From the NCBI GenBank assembly GCA_951406725.2, contig OX597814.1, positions 68,014,001 to 68,078,000 of the forward strand: a DNA stretch of 64,000 nt, given 5' to 3'. This DNA is from Octopus vulgaris (Eukaryota). A program made the position numbers and the translations under genes. This document shows positions 39,251 through 51,759 of this stretch, piece after piece. Position 1 is the first letter of the stretch. Each line of letters opens with the position of its first letter. The notes beneath the pieces were generated by a model, which was given only the letters and a program-made list of their open reading frames with translations, ran no database searches and had not been told where the DNA came from.

Positions 39251-39636
39251 AGACACAGTCTTTTCAGTTCTTGACCGTTAATTCTTGCTATCTCTCTCTC
39301 TATGCCTTCCACACACACTTTCACGCATTCAAAGACGCACACACACACATTAAGGCAATTTTACACACTCATACATTCGAGCACTCATTCATAAAATAAA
39401 TCAAATATAAACACCAGTCATACAGAATACATTCACTCTCTTTAGTTTTCCTATACCTTCCTTCTCCTACCTTGATTCTGCCCTTGAACTATGTCAACGG
39501 ACAATTTCTCCTGCTTTCATCCAATCTGGCGTCACCCCCTATAAGTAGACATTATTTATCATTATTTTTATGGGCTCCTCGTGAGCAGTCGTCGAAAAGC
39601 TTGTTGTGCATTTTGTTGGAGAATTAAGTTCCTGGA

Positions 39637-39720
39637 TTTTCCTGAAGAGAAAGCTGCATAATGGACTCCTTATTCACTCGGAATTAGGGACTTTGCAGAC
39701 TTCGAAACATATGTCGAAAA
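39637..39720 (+). ncRNA. Type I hammerhead ribozyme, canonical core, extended stem II
   Basis: TTTTC-CTGAAGA-GAAAGCTGCA...TGCAGACTTC-GAAA-CATATG-TC-GAAAA; predicted cleavage after 39715. Confidence 0.8.
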
Positions 39721-39774
39721 TAAAATAAAGGAATTTTGTTAAATCTTCGTTCAGCTCCATTCTTTCCTATACTT

Positions 39775-39839
<65 letters not shown>

Positions 39840-39915
39840 AATATTAGGGAATAAATCCAAATTTACAGGGAAAAAAATCAGATTTAGGATTAAATCCAAT
39901 TTTATAGTAAAATAT

Positions 39916-40224
39916 TATAAAATATTATTAGAGACAAAACCACTATTTTGCAAAACAAACAAGGAAAGACTTAATCAATACATAAAATTTTAATAAATAG
40001 TCAAAAAAACCGCCACTACAATCGTTTCTTGTCTTGATCGACAATCTTCAGGTGGACTTCCAATTTACAAGTCAGTTTCAAATTAAGTGGAAGTCCACCT
40101 GAAGATTGTCGATCAAGACAAGAAACGATTGTAGTGGCGGTTTTTTTGACTATTTATTAAAATTTTATGTATTGATTAAGTCTTTCCTTGTTTGTTTTGC
40201 AAAATAGTGGTTTTGTCTCTAATA

Positions 40225-40234
<10 letters not shown>
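39916..40234. repeat. Perfect inverted repeat: 147-bp arms, 25-nt spacer
   Basis: 39916-40062 is the reverse complement of 40088-40234, with no mismatch found by eye. Confidence 0.95.
40095..40137 (+). ncRNA. Minimal type I hammerhead ribozyme (mirror copy at 40013-40055, minus strand)
   Basis: CCAC-CTGAAGA-TTGTC-GATCAA-GACAA-GAAA-C-GATT-G-TA-GTGG. Confidence 0.85.
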
Positions 40235-40257
<23 letters not shown>

Positions 40258-40258
<1 letters not shown>

Positions 40259-40629
40259 AGAAAATAGTAAAGAGTAAAAAAACGACAGAAGGCTTAAATG
40301 TTAAAAAATATATATATTTGCGTCAAAATGTCTGGAGAATATTGGAAAAATTTTTTTCCTTTCCTTAAAATGACATAATTTTATAATTTTTAAAGAAATA
40401 CCGGTTTCGCAGTTAGCTCTTCAAATTTCTTGTGACTTAATGTTTATTTTTAAGTCACAACAAATTTGAAGAGCTAACTGAAACCGGTATTTCTTTAAAA
40501 ATTATAAAATTATGTCATTTTAAGGAAAGGAAAAAATTTTTCCAATATTCTCCAGACATTTTGACGCAAATATATATATTTTTTAACATTTAAGCCTTCT
40601 GTCGTTTTTTCACTCTTTACTATTTTCTT
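40258..40629. repeat. Near-perfect inverted repeat (about 180-bp arms, 9-nt spacer) with HHR-like motif at 40395-40429 (minus)
   Basis: Arms 40258-40440 and 40450-40629. Motif GAAAT-TTGAAGA-GC-TAACT-GC-GAAA-CCGG-TA-TTTC. Confidence 0.9.
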
Positions 40630-40877
40630 ATATATTCACCCACGTGCTTTACCAAACAAACTTTCTTATATATATATATATATATATATACTAAGTAATT
40701 AAGGGTTTAGCAACGAATTGCCTCACCAACACACCGAATTTAGAAATAGCAGTCAAAGAGCTTAATTACTTAGTATTACTTAAATTTTCCTCGAATGGGG
40801 CTTTTACATGCCGAAATCTACTTGGTGTAATTGATAATTATTCCTAATTAATTAATTTCACCCTTTATTATTACTGA

Positions 40878-40966
<89 letters not shown>

Positions 40967-41406
40967 GTGTATGTGTATGTGTCTGTGTGTGACTGTGTTT
41001 GATAGTGTCTGTTTTTCCTTTAGTTTTTGTTTACTTATACGCATCAACAAATGAGACAATGAGGTATTCTTTGTGTGGCTTTTCAATTCTCTAAAACTAA
41101 CAGCCAAATCTCCCTTGTACTATATTCTTGTTAGTTTTAAGGAAAGGCAAAATGTTTACTCCTCTCCATCATTATGATTTAAATCAATATTTTTGATTTT
41201 GTTCGGCTCTACGAATTTAATTTTTTTGAACGCTTCTGTCCATTGCTTGATACAGGAAATTGAAAACTCCTGACCAAAACTTAACGAATAATATAGAAAG
41301 AGAAAGAAAAGGATCTGTTTTCCAAAGCCGAAAGATATCTTTATCTGGGGTGTAATTTTATAATTAAAACAAATTCAAAGGTTAAATTTCAGAACATAAG
41401 ACTTAC

Positions 41407-41449
41407 CACGTTATCTGGTGTGTAGCCGCAGTTCAAATGGGTACAAAAC
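41407..41449 (-). other. Candidate 43-nt micro-exon
   Basis: Minus strand reads TTTTTTTAG|GTTTTGTACC...GATAACGTG|GTAAGT. One frame is open (FCTHLNCGYTPDNV). Confidence 0.3.
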
Positions 41450-42029
41450 CTAAAAAAATGTGAATATGTGTGTGTGTAGTTGTGTCTTTAATAGCCAGGG
41501 ATCAATTTAAGGAATTCAAAACAGCAACACACGCAATCATATATATACAAACATATCCATACATACACACACATACACAAATACATAGCTATCAGCCACT
41601 TCGAAAAGCCAGTTTAATCCAAAATTCTGACCACTATTCTTTATATATTTTTACACAAACACACACATATTCAGCTTTCGACCTTTATTCATTACTTTTT
41701 TTAGTCGTCTGTTACTATTCATCTGTTTTTAGTTTTTGTTTTTTTGTTTTGGAGGTTTCACTTTAGCGACACCAGTTACACATGGTACAAGTTTTTGAAA
41801 ATTTGAAACAGTCATGTTTTTTTAACTAACTGTTGCAGCGATATGAAAATATGGCTACTACTCGTTCATTTCAAATTAAACTTACCAAAGATGAGGGTCT
41901 TCCAGTACCCCATAGCGCCCACTAAGTTTCTTAACGTCCCTTAGTACCCCTTTGCTCCAAAACACCCCCTCGAGCTCCAAATGGACCTCGTGGGGGAGGG
42001 GGGCATATGGTTCTGTTGAAAATCTTTGC

Positions 42030-42175
42030 ATTACAAGAAGCGCTTATCATTGCCACACATGTCCAAAAGAGTGTAGGACCCTAGCAGAACTGAAATGCCG
42101 CATCCGTGCTCCTCTTGTTGAAGAGAACAATCAAGTGATGGCATTGCTCGAAATCGTGTTACAGCCATCATATTT
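42030..42175 (+). mobile_element. RTE 3' terminal fragment (degenerate zinc finger and stem-loop)
   Basis: CHTCPKECRTLAELK, then a GATGGC..GCCATC hairpin like that at 417-448. Confidence 0.6.
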
Positions 42176-42999
42176 ATGTATATATGCAAGTGTATATACA
42201 GTGGTTGGACAAAATAATGAAAACAATACATTTTAGTAATTAATAATTTTACATTCTATTTGAAAGTCTATGAGGTATTTACTATTTTGATTGGTAAATT
42301 GATGAAAGCTGATCCCCTGGCGTCTTGTTGCTTAATATTTGCTTTCATATCACTTCCTATAATTTTGACGTAGTTCTTACGAAATGAATTTGTCAGATCA
42401 GTGAGGCAGAACTGAATCACGTTTTCTTTCAATTTTAGGACAATACTCCCAATACACAAAGATCACAGCTGATTTCCATAAAAAAAACTATCATTATACA
42501 AAGTGTGATGCTTCAAACATATTGAGCTACACGCCAATAAAACTTTCAGTCAACCAAAAGACGACATTAAACATCAAGGATGTAAACTTGAAATGTGCGA
42601 ATGGCTTCAAATATATGGCTCCAAGGACAGAAAGTTCATATTGATATATGGATCTAAATGGTAGACATTTGCAAAAGCAGTAGAAAGCACGCTAAATGGA
42701 ATGTATACCAATATTTTAAGGAGGCTAAAGAACATTTCTTCGGAGCAACAGTTACCGAAGCGGCGTATAGGAAGATATCAAACAACGCAGCCTTAGGTCT
42801 GTAGGTCACAGTGCTACAGTTACTGAAGGACACACAAACCTTGAGAAAAAGTATGTAAAGAAAGAAATGGTTGTTATCTTTGAATTAATGTATAGAAACA
42901 TCTTTAAAAAAGATCATAGTAATCAAACAGTAAAATTAAGTTAATACATACCACGTAAAAAATTACTACGACGTACACCATAGCTACAAATGAACGCTA

Positions 43000-44030
43000 T
43001 CACAGATTGCAGAACTATCGTGAGAAATTATAAGGGATTTTCGAAATGACCAAGACATATACCAATTCTATAGAGAGGTTAAGGAAGATTCATCGATAGG
43101 CTACAAGAAGAGACTAAAAGAGTACTGGGATAAGAAATACCCAACATTTTCAAACTTTTCGGAGAAACAATTACGCTTTTCTACCAAACGAAATTGCTCA
43201 ACCGAAATGTAAACTTTTTCTGTAAAGAGACTGTGAACGACAAGAAACATGACCAAAGCGAATACAACAACAAACCGCCGTCATTGCACGGACATGTGGC
43301 AACTGCTTACATGTGGCAACTCGCACCAGAGTTAAGCAGAACTTCACTATTTATATACATAAGGCACTACATAAAAGAACGAACTCGACACAAATTGGTG
43401 GAAAAAATAAAACACAGACTAGATATTATCCAAATTTGCAAGGGAACAACTTGCTCAAATTAAAATTCCCAGCTTTTGGAAAATAAATGCCCTGCTATAT
43501 TGTGCCGCAGTAATTGTACAGATGGGAGTAAAAGAGACCGATGCAAAATGGGATTACCCTTCACCAAATTAACATCAATGGACTCAGGAAAAAGATAAGA
43601 TAATTGGACACTTATCCTAAAATGCAAAGCTACAAATGAACTCACGAATCGCCAGCTACAACTGCATGATATATTCTCCAAATTGTATGAGAATTGCCGC
43701 CGAGAAATACTCACAAGCAAACTGATCACTCTCGAACGCGATCTACGCAAAAGGATAAACCGAAAGATTGTCCGAAACGTACACGCTGTATATTGCAGTA
43801 TGAAAGGTGATGACATCAAGATAGTAAATGTTCCTTCCCAGGAGGACCGTGAGTTATTGTGGCGGGGAATCTGGGATACAAACAAAGAATACAATCTCGA
43901 TGCAACATGGTTAAACGAACTACGAAATGAGTACCGTTTACATGATACATCCAGAATATATAATATCACTACTAAAATCACCCCGACGCCTGTTACGAAA
44001 TTGCCGAATGGAAAATTCTAAAGAGAAACT
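43000..44030 (+). pseudogene. R4/Dong-clade LINE N-terminal remnant
   Basis: Motifs GYKKRLKEYWDKKYP and PSQEDRELLWRGIWDT..YNLDATWLNEL. Confidence 0.6.
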
Positions 44031-44129
44031 CGATACTAAGCTACTGTTACAAAAGGCTCGCATTCTACAGAGGAATGTTTACATCCCAGTTAAAAGAAGA
44101 AAAAAAACACTGGACGTTGAGCTAGACAT

Positions 44130-46100
44130 GCAAGATTAGTTGACGGTTACATGGACTACCCTTGCTTCAAGAATAGAGAGATCCACATGGATAGATGCAA
44201 TCATAATATCCTTGTACAAAGGAAAGGATCCGAAGCATTATGCAACAACCTTCATGATATCCGTGTGCTTAGCCGTGGATAAGGTTCTTGTGAAGTTATT
44301 GTTTAAGAGATTATCAACCCGGGTCTGTCTATCGGTTGTCCCAGACAGTCAATGTGGGTTCAGCTCGAGTCACGGCACTATTGACATGATATCCACTGTG
44401 TGTCAATTGCAGAAGTGCTTTGAACACAAGCGTGATTGTGTGGTAAGAAGTCTCCTTCCCTACATCATCGTTCCAGGTTCAGTCCCACTGCGTAGCACCA
44501 TCGGCAAGTGTCTTCTACTATAGTTTCAGGCCGACCAAAGCCTTGCGAGTGGATTTGGAAGACGGAAACTGAAAAATGCCCGTCATATGTATATGTGTGT
44601 GTGTATGTCTGTTTGCCTGTCATTGTGTCTGTGTCTGTACCCTTCTACCTCTTGATGACAAGTGATAATATATTTACGTCCCTGTAACTCAGCAGTTCGA
44701 CAAAAGAGACTAATAGAATAAGTATAAGGTTTTTAAAAAAATAAGTACTGAGGACGATTCGTTCGGCAAAAATTCTTCATGGCAGTGTATCAGCATGGCT
44801 GCAATCTAAAGACTGAAACAATTAAAAAAATAAAAGATAGAGTTCCACAGTATCAAGTCTTTGTAGATAATACCAAGGGTTTGGGTACGATGAATCGAAA
44901 TGCTTTGAGAATAATTCTTGAGAAACTTGGATGTTCCACACTGTTCGTGGATTTATTTAAGAAGTTTCACAAGCACATGAAAGGAGCAGTTAATCTTACT
45001 GGTAAACTCACTGAGCCGATCAAAAATCACTATCGTGTGAAACAAGGTGACATACCAACACCGTCGCTATTCTCTGTCCGCTCTGCAGTCTATCTGAGCT
45101 ATGCTTTGAGGGCTGCAATATGGGAGCTTATTTGCGATTTCGGACATTTGGCAAACATTTTAACTTGTGTCGTTTTCACACTAAATCAAAAATCTTCAAT
45201 ACATTATCCAAGAGCTGTTGTATGCAGATTATGGTAATTTTGTTGAACACACTGAAGAACATACGCAGGTCATAATCAATCCTTTTTCTAGGACTTGTAA
45301 TGTTTACACTTCCTCTAGGTGAGGTTCGTGTTGAGCCAAACATAACAGTTGACAGTTTACCACTGAGTTTAGTAGATAGGTTTACATTATCAGTAAAGAT
45401 AGATAACTTGATACAGAAATGAATCAGTGAATTCAAAATTCTACATCAGCGTTTGGAAAACAAGGAAAAGGTATGGGATGATCAGGGTTTCCATCTGATA
45501 ACTAAAATGAAAGTGTACAGATCTTGCATACTAGTTATTATTGTATAGATCTGAGGGGTGGGCAACCTTCAGAAGGCACACAAAATGGCTTGAAAGATTT
45601 CATCGAAACTCTTTTGAACATAATTTAGGGAGTTAAGTGGAGAACCGGTGGTGAAAGAATTGAGATGATTGTCTAAATGCTTTGGATTAGTCATGTCCTT
45701 AGGACGGACGATAATAGGTTACCCGAGAGATTGCTTTATGGAAAGCTTTCAAATGAAAAGAGGCCACGTCATAAACCAATGGAGCGATTCAAAAATGTGG
45801 TTAAGGATAACTTGAAGATCCTGGATATGGACATTAGAAACTGGGAATCCTGAGCAAAGACAAGAACAGGACGGCATAGTATTATTGAAAACGGTAGTGA
45901 GAAGTTTGAATCAAAGCTTAATGAAGATTTAGAGCTCAAAAGATCCTTGCTAAAGGGAGTAGACAGAGAGATTCCAGAGAACAACTCAAAGTTTATGTGT
46001 GCAACAGAGTAATGCTTTCTAGAGCTGGTTTCTTTAATCATCAAAAAGCGCATGTAGTAAGAACCCTCGGTTCGAAAGCGCTTACAAAAGCAAGCTACAA
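44130..46100 (+). mobile_element. Decayed RTE LINE interrupted by a SINE B copy (44432-44838)
   Basis: Motifs IISLYKGK, PDSQCGF..TIDMI, VKQGDIPTP, LYADY and RLPERLLYGKLS. Confidence 0.8.
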
Positions 46101-46211
46101 CACCCAACAACAAAACTCATTCCAGAACACACGCTACTTGTAAACTATCTATCCTTCTATTTACCTACCGAACTATTTATATTGCCATGTATCAGTCCCT
46201 CTATCCATCCC

Positions 46212-46322
<111 letters not shown>

Positions 46323-46655
46323 GTCTATCTATCTATCTATCTATCTATCGATCGATCGATCACTCAATCTATCTGTCTGTCTATCTTGTTATCGACCCAT
46401 TTGTCAGTCTGCCTATACATCTTATATCCACAAATTTTAAATTTAAAGCTTCAAAAATTTTTCTTTAAACCTTTAAAACTTTTAAAACTTTTAAATTCAC
46501 TAAAGCTTTTATATCCTTAGGCTTAAAAAAATTATTTCCATCAACTTTTTAGAGAAAAGTAAACTTCAACTCTACTACTTTTATTGTATTCTTTATTGTT
46601 TTATTTTATTTAATTTTATCTTTATCTTATTTCTCCTCATCTTCCTCCTTACCTA

Positions 46656-47943
46656 CGAGGGGTGTATGAAAAGTTTTGAGCCTAACCTAGAAACGAGGCT
46701 GCTAGGTAACTGAAACAATTTTTTTCTGGTAAGTACAGTCTTTTCGGAGTATTCTTACTCATTTTTATGATTCTGATATTTTAATTATTTTGTTGCAGAT
46801 TTTTAAATAAACAAGTGTCGAGTTTACATGGAAAATGGAGAAAACTGAGTATTGTGCTGTCATAAAGTACCTTCATTTGAAAGGCATGACTCCATCAGAA
46901 ATCCATGAAGATATGGTGAGAACCTTAACAGACAATGCTCCTTCATATGCAACAGTCAAACGCTGGATAAATGAATTCCAGCGTGACGGGGAGAGTGTGA
47001 AAGATGATCCCACACCAGGGAGGCCTCCAACTACAACCACCAACTACAACATTGACTTTACTCTTGGTATGGTAATGCAAGATCGGCAAATATCATGTCG
47101 CCAGATAACTGAGAAACTGGGCATCTCAAATGAAAGAGCAGACAACATTGTAACAAAAGAACTTGGGTTCTCAAAGGTTTCTGCAAGGTGGGTCCTTTGC
47201 CTTTTGACTTCTGAACAGAAACGCACCAGGTGCACTTTGTCCACGAGCAATCTGGAACTGTTTGAAGCCGATGAAAAGAATTTTCTTGCTCGTTTTATTA
47301 CTATGGACGAAAGTTGGGTTCATCACTACCAGCCTGAAACCAAAGGACAATCAAAGCAGTGGAAGCATACATCTCCTACCCCAAAGAAGGCCAGGTCATT
47401 CCTTCAGCTAGCAAGGTCATGGCGTCAGTATTTTTGGATTCTCAAGCTGTATTGCTGATCGATTACCTTGAAAAGGGTCGCACCGTGACAGGGCTGTATT
47501 ATTCTCAGCTACTGTAATGCCTCCAGGAAGCAATCAAAGAAAAAAGGCCAAGAATGCTCACCAGAGGAGTCCATTTTCATCACGACAATGCTCTAGACTA
47601 TACCTCAGTGGTTACCATGGCAACAATTCGTGATTGAGGATACGAACATGTTCCCCATCTGCCTTATTCGCATGACTTAGCCCCCTCTAACTTTCATCTA
47701 TTCCCCAAAATGAAAACAGCCCTGGCTGGTTGCCATTTTGCCACTGACAATGACATCATAGACACTGTAGGATGTTTCCTAGAGCCTCAAACAAAAGAGT
47801 CCCCTATGCCGGGATAATGGCCCTTCAGCACCGCTGGAGAATGTGTTCAGCCATCAAAGGGGACAATGTTGAAAAATAAATCATCAGAGGTCTTGTACTA
47901 TGTTTTGTTTTTTTGAGGCTCAAGACTTTTCAGACACCACTCG
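46656..47943 (+). mobile_element. Complete mariner element (irritans-like) with transposase pseudogene 46835-47879
   Basis: TIRs CGAGGGGTGTATGAAAAGTTTTGAGCCT and AGGCTCAAGACTTTTCAGACACCACTCG with TA on both sides. Motifs ITMDESWVHHY, HHDNA and YSHDLAPSNF; frameshift and stops present. Confidence 0.93.
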
Positions 47944-47974
47944 TATCCTACAAACAGTTATCTTACTATATACA

Positions 47975-48177
47975 TCAGAACGCCATGATGGACCGTTAGC
48001 TCCTACACGCATTTTTTTCTCTCCTTGTTTCTTTTCTGTGTATCTTTCTGTCGAAGAGCGTAGGCTCAAAACGTAAAAGACTTGTTCTATTTCTATTCCT
48101 GAGCGCCATACTAATACATTTGTTTGTTTGTACTCCACCTGCCTTCATCTTTTGTTCATTTTCGTAAACCTTCCCAT

Positions 48178-48270
<93 letters not shown>

Positions 48271-48525
48271 ACACACACACACTCATTCTCTCTCTCTCTC
48301 TCTCTCACACGCACACACACACCGCCATGATAGATCGCTAGCTACTAAACTGTTTTCTATTTTCTCTCCCTGTTTATTTCTGTGTTCCTTTCTGTCGAAG
48401 AGCGTAGGCTCGAAACGTAAAATACTTTCTCACTTCCCGAGCATTAAGCTTATCCATCTGTTTGTTGTTTACACACCCGTCTTCGACTTTTGTTTTTGAT
48501 TTTGTTTTTTTGTAAATTCTCATTA
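47975..48525 (+). mobile_element. Two related direct copies (about 200 bp) of an HHR-like short element separated by microsatellite; third relative at 49283-49413 (minus)
   Basis: TTT-CTGTCGAA-GAGC-GTAG-GCTC-(G/A)AAAC-GTA-AAA at 48043-48080 and 48389-48422. A degenerate CTGACGAA-GAGC version lies at 49380-49412. Confidence 0.7.
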
Positions 48526-49064
48526 TATATGTATACATTGTTTCAGAATTAGAAACTGTAGTAAAATAAGAAAATAATAAAGTCAACCGTACTTTTGATA
48601 GGGATTGACAGATCGTGCTCATAAAATAAATATTAACACAAACATACCATCTCTTCGCATTATTGCCCCCAGAAATGCTTTCACTTATAACACATGAGAA
48701 TAATGATTAGCTGTTTTTAGAAATCGCCTTCTTATCACTCTGGAATAGTTAATATCATTAATAAAATGGTTAAAAACTATTTCATGTATAAACATAGATA
48801 TACGCACGCATAATTTGACAAAATATCCTTAATATATTGCCATGCATAAATGAAACAAAATTCAGGTGTTTACCTGAAACATTACCATCTTATATAAAAA
48901 AAAATCAATTTATTCTCATTGTTATTCTAGGATACAAATATGTTTTTAGCTCATAAAAATTTCATCTCCCGCTTTCATGGGTTGAGCATACAGATATTTC
49001 CATTAAACAATGCAACAATTACAAACCTGCAAATTAAATAACTACACACACACATACACTCACT

Positions 49065-49137
<73 letters not shown>

Positions 49138-49188
49138 GTGTGTGTATGTATATTTATGTACATATGTATATATATATATATATATATG

Positions 49189-49271
<83 letters not shown>

Positions 49272-49452
49272 GTATATATATAGTTAATCCAAACATGAAC
49301 AAAGAGAAAACACAACAACGCGAGGACGTGGAACAAGTATAGTGTTATTGGAACGCTCAGGAAAGGAAAGAAAGGAGGATTTAACCTTCCGTGCGGAGCT
49401 CTTCGTCAGAAACATATATACACACGCACACGCACGCACACACACACACACT

Positions 49453-49496
<44 letters not shown>

Positions 49497-49574
49497 ATAC
49501 TCATATATATATAACAATATAATATTTATTCCTAAATAATTTAACATTCAGCTGGTACCTCCATTCATGACTAC

Positions 49575-49632
49575 TTTCACCGCGATAGGTGAACCGTGAT
49601 AGGCGAACCGCGATATGGGGAGGGATTACTGT
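49575..49632 (+). mobile_element. pogo/Tigger-type MITE terminus with three 14-bp subterminal repeats
   Basis: (GAACCGCGATAGG)-like repeats ending in GAGGGATTACTG. Confidence 0.45.
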
Positions 49633-49639
49633 GCACGCA

Positions 49640-50011
49640 ACAGATTAGACTATTGGAAAAGTAAAGAATCCTAACATCGGGATACAACAACTAGCCTTAG
49701 ATGCCAAGAACCCACCTAAGTATTCTAGCTGTCCCTAATAATACCGTTTTCTGGTGCTGTACTAAACTACGTTTTATGCTTATCTATATGTTTAGATCTC
49801 TAGGGATAGTTCCAAATGCACCTATAACTACTGCCATACATTTTACCCGCACGTTCCATAGTCTCTGTAAATCAATAGCTAGGCCCTGGTACTTTCCTAT
49901 TGTGTTTATCATTTGGGACTGTAAAGTCAATTATCTGGCACTTTCTATACTACTACTACTCAAAGACATTCCAACTTTGACTTTCACGTTCTATTTACTT
50001 TCACGTTTTAT

Positions 50012-50095
<84 letters not shown>

Positions 50096-51735
50096 AATCA
50101 TTCTTTCTAGTATTTTACTAAGTTCATGTTCATACCATTTATCAGTATGTTCAAATCCTAGCTTTCTACATAGCTCCTAGTGGATTACTCACCTTAGATT
50201 GTCCTGTCTTTCTGTGCCAGCATGATACATTCACTTACATTATGAGTAACGGTTTCCTCTTTTAATTTGCATAATCTGCATTAGGAATCTATTTGGCTTT
50301 TGTTTATCTTGGCTTTTATCCAATTAGGCCTTAATGCTTGATCTTATGCAATTACTAACAAACTTTCTGTCTCCCTCCTCAGCTTATCTTTCTGCAACCA
50401 TAACCATGTCTCTCTACAACTATTTTCTGAAACTATCTTTTGGAATCTACCATGCAACGCCTTCTCCTGCCAGTCAGATAATTTCTGTTTTTTCTTCTGT
50501 TTTTTTTTTAACTTCGTTTGGGTTTTTTGTTTCCCTATGTCCTGTTGTGATACTAGCAACTTTTAATAAACTTTCTTCACTATTACCTACATAGGAGTCT
50601 ATATCTACTCTAGCTAACTCAACTGATATTAACGCTCTTCTGCCTTCCTTTCTAGGAAGGTATAATCTTGCTACTCCTGTCCTTGGGTGGAACCCTCTAT
50701 TCATATTGAATTCCTTCCTAATTCTCCTGTCTAGCTTTGCTAATTCAGTTTTTGTCCAATCTACAAAAGATGATTCTTATCTAAGTAATGATTCTGCCCA
50801 AATATTTACAGCCTTCACTAGATTCGGACCATTTAGATTTGAATTCATTAGCTTCCTCACCCTCCTGATGTACTCTTCAATTTCGTTTTCATTTCTGTAG
50901 TTAGTACCCTGTCGAATTCCAATACTCCCAGATAATTATAACTCTTTCATCCTTTCAATGATTTTAGTGTCTGACCTTCTGGTAACTGGATGCCTTCGCT
51001 GTTGACTACATGTCCCCTTCTCATGACTAATATTGCACACTTATCTATGCCAAATTCCATACTTTGCTGACGAGTCTTACAATAAGTATTAAGGAATATA
51101 TCTCTTTTGTATTCTTACTAAAAAGCTTCAGATCATCCATGTAGAGCAAATGATTAATTTTTCTCTTACTATTTCTGAACTCATAGCCTGCTTTTTCTTT
51201 CATTAATATTAAACTGAGGGGGATCAAATATAAGACAAATATTAAAGAGGAAAACGCGTCCCTCTGGAAAATTCCTCTCTTGATAATAACCTTCCCTAAG
51301 AGTGTGTCACTTAAGTATAGATTTACTTTCCATTTCTCCATGCTACAGCTAATTAAATCTCTTATGTTGTCTGCAATACTGAATATACTCAAACATTCAT
51401 TTATCCATAAGTGTGGGATCATGTCATAGGATTTCCTACAATCTATCCATGCTATTGTTAGATTTTGCTTTCTAGCTTTTACTTCATTTATAACTGCTTT
51501 GTCTATGTATAATAGATCATGTGTTCCTCTAGCATACTTCCTGCAATCATTCGGTTTTTCTGGCAGTAAATTCTAGTTGTCAAGGTGCTCGTAAATGTTT
51601 TCTGAAAGCATTCCTGTTAACAGCTTCCACACTAATGGTAACCTAGCTGTATTACCCTTGCTCTTATCTTTCATGATGAGTACTGTCCCCCCTCTTGTCA
51701 TCCAGTCTTGTATTATTCCTCCATTAAGTCAATCA
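49640..51735 (-). mobile_element. R4/Dong-clade LINE copy 1, with an internal (TAC)n tract
   Basis: Motifs IKRGIFQRD.FS, INHLLYMDDLKL and RLYLPRKEG; C-terminus QKTVLLGTARILR. Confidence 0.85.
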
Positions 51736-51759
51736 TTTATCATTATGATTATCATTATA

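Noticed and set aside
49575-49620. Short direct repeats resembling CRISPR or iterons (also the 12-bp triplet at about 31556-31594)
   Set aside because: No spacers, eukaryotic context, and consistent with MITE subterminal or slippage repeats.
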